Below, in pieces: positions 24,517-26,741 of a DNA stretch of 26,741 nt. The position numbers were made by a program, and so were the translations under genes. The notes under the pieces were generated by a model. The model was not told the origin of the DNA, did not search any database, and saw nothing but the letters and a program-made list of their open reading frames with translations. Within the stretch, counting starts at the first letter, position 1, and the number at the start of each line of letters is the position of its first letter. Source of the stretch: a virus (taxonomy: Duplodnaviria > Caudoviricetes); the IMG/VR virus record IMGVR_UViG_3300037311_000511, positions 1-26,741 of that record; one strand, written 5' to 3'.

Positions 24517-25708
24517 TAAATTTGCACAACCGGATATTTTGAAGAAGATAAAGGACGAGAATCTTTTACAGTTCCTGTCCCCGTACACTTCTTATTTGGA
24601 GGGACGCGGGTTCAAGCCGAAAGTGAACGGCAGCGCACAGATCGATTACGATCTGCTCTGCCGGATTCTGATGCAGCCGACCGAGGGCATACCGCCAGAC
24701 ATGGTGGATGCTCTCTTTTTTGTTCATGAGGTTGCTGACGACGAAATGTACGACGAGTTGCTGGAGATGGCGAAGACCGGAAACGTCACTGTTCCTGCCG
24801 ATTGCACACCCGCTGACCTTGCAGTGCTGTTGTGGCTGAAAGACCCAGAGTTGATCAAAAAATCACACGCCGAGGCACTGATGATGAAGCCGAAGAGCTT
24901 CAACAGCTTCCAGTCTGAAAAGGGCAAGGGTAAAAAACCAAACCTTTCTAGCGGCAATGTTTCCAGCCTCGAAAGCCTCATGGACGTGTGGTTCGAGCAG
25001 AATAAACGTGGCAAGGGCTGCAAAGTTTTGTCATTCGATATGGATGATGAGAATAAAGTGTATTTCCTTGTGCGCCATGGCATGCCGTTTAAGCGCGAAG
25101 GCAAAATCGAAGATGGTGAAACGGGCAGCGTGTTCTACCGTCCTGAATTCCACGATGTTGTCATTTACGACATTGAATCCAACGAGCTTCAGATCTTCAA
25201 TAAGTCTGGCGGCAAGAAAGAACGGGCGATGTATCTCTCGGCTTTCGGGCAGATATTTTTCAACGATGCAGAATACTTCCCCAACGAGGACAAATTTACT
25301 CTGCAGCCGCTACTCGACGATGGGGTAAATTCCTTGAGCTGCCTCGACATTGACGGTCTCGCGGAGGTTCGTCTGACAGAGGTGCAGTTGTTATTCCGAG
25401 GGCCGTACAATGACCGCACGATCCTGCGTTCCAAAGACATCTTCAAATCACTGCAAAGCCGCAGTCGTAATTTCCCAGACTACGGCAATCTCGTTGCGGC
25501 CAGTTTCCAGGTGAAGTTCGATAGCAGCTCGAAGCCGCGCACGGTGAAGATCAAGACCCCAAATATCGCCAGCTTCGATCGGAAAGAAGATGCGCATATC
25601 ATCGAACAATGGATGAAGGCGCGTGGTTTTATCAAACCACAGGATGTGGCGACTGACGAAGATCATGACGAGGTGGTGGCGTATGTTGCAGAAGCAGCCG
25701 TGGCATAA
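24497..25708 (+). CDS. Hypothetical protein, 403 aa
   Basis: Start revised to ATG 24497 (MATYSLNKFAQPDIL) with AAGGAG upstream; overlaps the lexA 3' end by 20 nt. Confidence 0.8.
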   Translation: MATYSLNKFAQPDILKKIKDENLLQFLSPYTSYLEGRGFKPKVNGSAQIDYDLLCRILMQPTEGIPPDMVDALFFVHEVADDEMYDELLEMAKTGNVTVPADCTPADLAVLLWLKDPELIKKSHAEALMMKPKSFNSFQSEKGKGKKPNLSSGNVSSLESLMDVWFEQNKRGKGCKVLSFDMDDENKVYFLVRHGMPFKREGKIEDGETGSVFYRPEFHDVVIYDIESNELQIFNKSGGKKERAMYLSAFGQIFFNDAEYFPNEDKFTLQPLLDDGVNSLSCLDIDGLAEVRLTEVQLLFRGPYNDRTILRSKDIFKSLQSRSRNFPDYGNLVAASFQVKFDSSSKPRTVKIKTPNIASFDRKEDAHIIEQWMKARGFIKPQDVATDEDHDEVVAYVAEAAVA

Positions 25709-26741
25709 ATTAAGCCAACTTCTCGGTGCGCGCGGCGTAAAGGTGGATTGGACGGGTTTCCCTGAAAATCTGCTAAAGCCCACGAACGAGCTTGCGGAAA
25801 CGTTTCCATGCGCAGGCAGATGTGGTGGATACATGGATGTGGTCAAACACAACGATGGCCAGCATATCGGTGTGTGCGCTTCCGGCTGCGATAAGCGGTC
25901 GTTGCAAAAGAAAGACCTAATCATTCATTATCCTGACACCACTGCCATTTTTTCTGGTCTTGGGCAGGCATTCGGTATCAGTGCGACAAGCCATGCAATC
26001 ATCGACGGCATTCCGGCGTGTTGGCAGATTGGGGATTACAATCCTTCCGCCAGTTACCGTTTTCCCGTAGCAACTTTGTTTGACTCGCAGGCAAGCAGAA
26101 TCGAGCGTGCGATTGGTCAGCTCGCCGCCAGGTATAAAAACCCGTTCTTTGTCCTTTTGCCGTCCACGTCTGCCGTAACGCAATCTGTCCAAGATGTTGC
26201 TCTTCGAAATGGGTGTAAGGTGTTCGCCTACGAAGACCTGATTGAATTTGCCAATAATTCTATTCAGGTCAGGGGAATGGCCGCCAATATGCTGGCCGAT
26301 ATTTCTGCTGGCTGGATCAAACACATCGATGGTGCGCCTGGAGAAGCACGCTACCCAACGCTTGCGGGTGCAACATGGGGTGACATCGTCATTGAATTTA
26401 CCGCCGACGAGATGGTCACAGTGTCTTGCAAGAATCAGGATCACAGGCAATACAGCGCGGAAGATTTTCAGATGCGCAATAAGATCACCAAGAAACCGAA
26501 GCAATCGTGGATATTTTTTAAACAGCTTGCACTGACAAACAATCAGATGCCAGTGGCGGATATCAACAAACTCAAAAAAGCAAAGCAGGAGGTTTCAGGT
26601 AATCTCAAAAAGTTTTTTGCCTTGGAAGATGATCCGATTGAATATGTGGAAGAGGACAACATCTATAGGGCAAAGTTTGCAATCCGTGCGAATAGTTCTT
26701 TTGCTACGCAAAGCAAAAGACAAAAAACCGCTGCTGCCTAA
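25683..26741 (+). CDS. Hypothetical protein, about 352 aa, with a Cys4 motif and a possible C-terminal winged helix
   Basis: CAGRC...CASGC; C-terminal KKAKQEVSGNLKKFF...DPIEY...YRAKF resembles a recognition helix plus wing. Start at 25683 (GAGGTGG RBS) or 25665. Confidence 0.75.
   Translation: MLQKQPWHKLSQLLGARGVKVDWTGFPENLLKPTNELAETFPCAGRCGGYMDVVKHNDGQHIGVCASGCDKRSLQKKDLIIHYPDTTAIFSGLGQAFGISATSHAIIDGIPACWQIGDYNPSASYRFPVATLFDSQASRIERAIGQLAARYKNPFFVLLPSTSAVTQSVQDVALRNGCKVFAYEDLIEFANNSIQVRGMAANMLADISAGWIKHIDGAPGEARYPTLAGATWGDIVIEFTADEMVTVSCKNQDHRQYSAEDFQMRNKITKKPKQSWIFFKQLALTNNQMPVADINKLKKAKQEVSGNLKKFFALEDDPIEYVEEDNIYRAKFAIRANSSFATQSKRQKTAAA

Larger units (their letters stand above)
1..26741. 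mobile_element. Lambda-like temperate phage/prophage segment (regulation, recombination, replication, packaging, head, start of tail); neither end is seen
   Basis: Contiguous phage gene order terS-terL-gpW-portal-S49 protease-decoration-capsid-head/tail connectors-tail tube, plus a replication module, a serine recombinase and a LexA-like repressor. No host housekeeping genes are present. Confidence 0.95.

Noticed and set aside
19705-25708. Longest-ORF starts at 20271, 23740 and 24413 (also 9442, 13283 and 15684 elsewhere)
   Set aside because: They overlap neighbouring genes or promoters and lack RBSs; downstream ATGs with RBSs or stop-start overlaps fit better.

Overview
The whole window is part of a lambda-like (siphovirus-type) temperate phage or prophage. 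Its gene content matches the widespread alphaproteobacterial DUF2924/serine-recombinase, WO-related prophage family, recognised from sequence motifs without a database search. On the - strand, from right to left, it carries: a four-gene recombinase operon (61-aa ORF, DUF2924, large serine recombinase, HTH protein); an ECF-like sigma factor; a replication/recombination operon (Sak4-like AAA ATPase, SSB-like protein, SF2 helicase, Cas4-like nuclease, primase-helicase, iteron-rich putative origin, RuvC-like resolvase, DUF6362); a lambda-like cos site; a ParB-methyltransferase; terminase; and head and tail genes. Two + strand units are present: a small-gene island (DUF3489, DUF6900 and others) and a four-gene LexA-like cassette. 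The most notable signals are non-coding or hidden. (1) A 33-bp bipartite promoter-like motif occurs with identical spacing upstream of both the recombinase and replication operons. (2) An 18-bp direct repeat lies upstream of the sigma gene; with (1) it suggests a LexA -> wHTH activator -> phage sigma cascade. (3) An exact lambda cosQ lies 3 kb from terS. (4) One ORF is interrupted by two TAA codons in an identical 11-bp context. (5) A scaffold gene is nested inside the protease gene.
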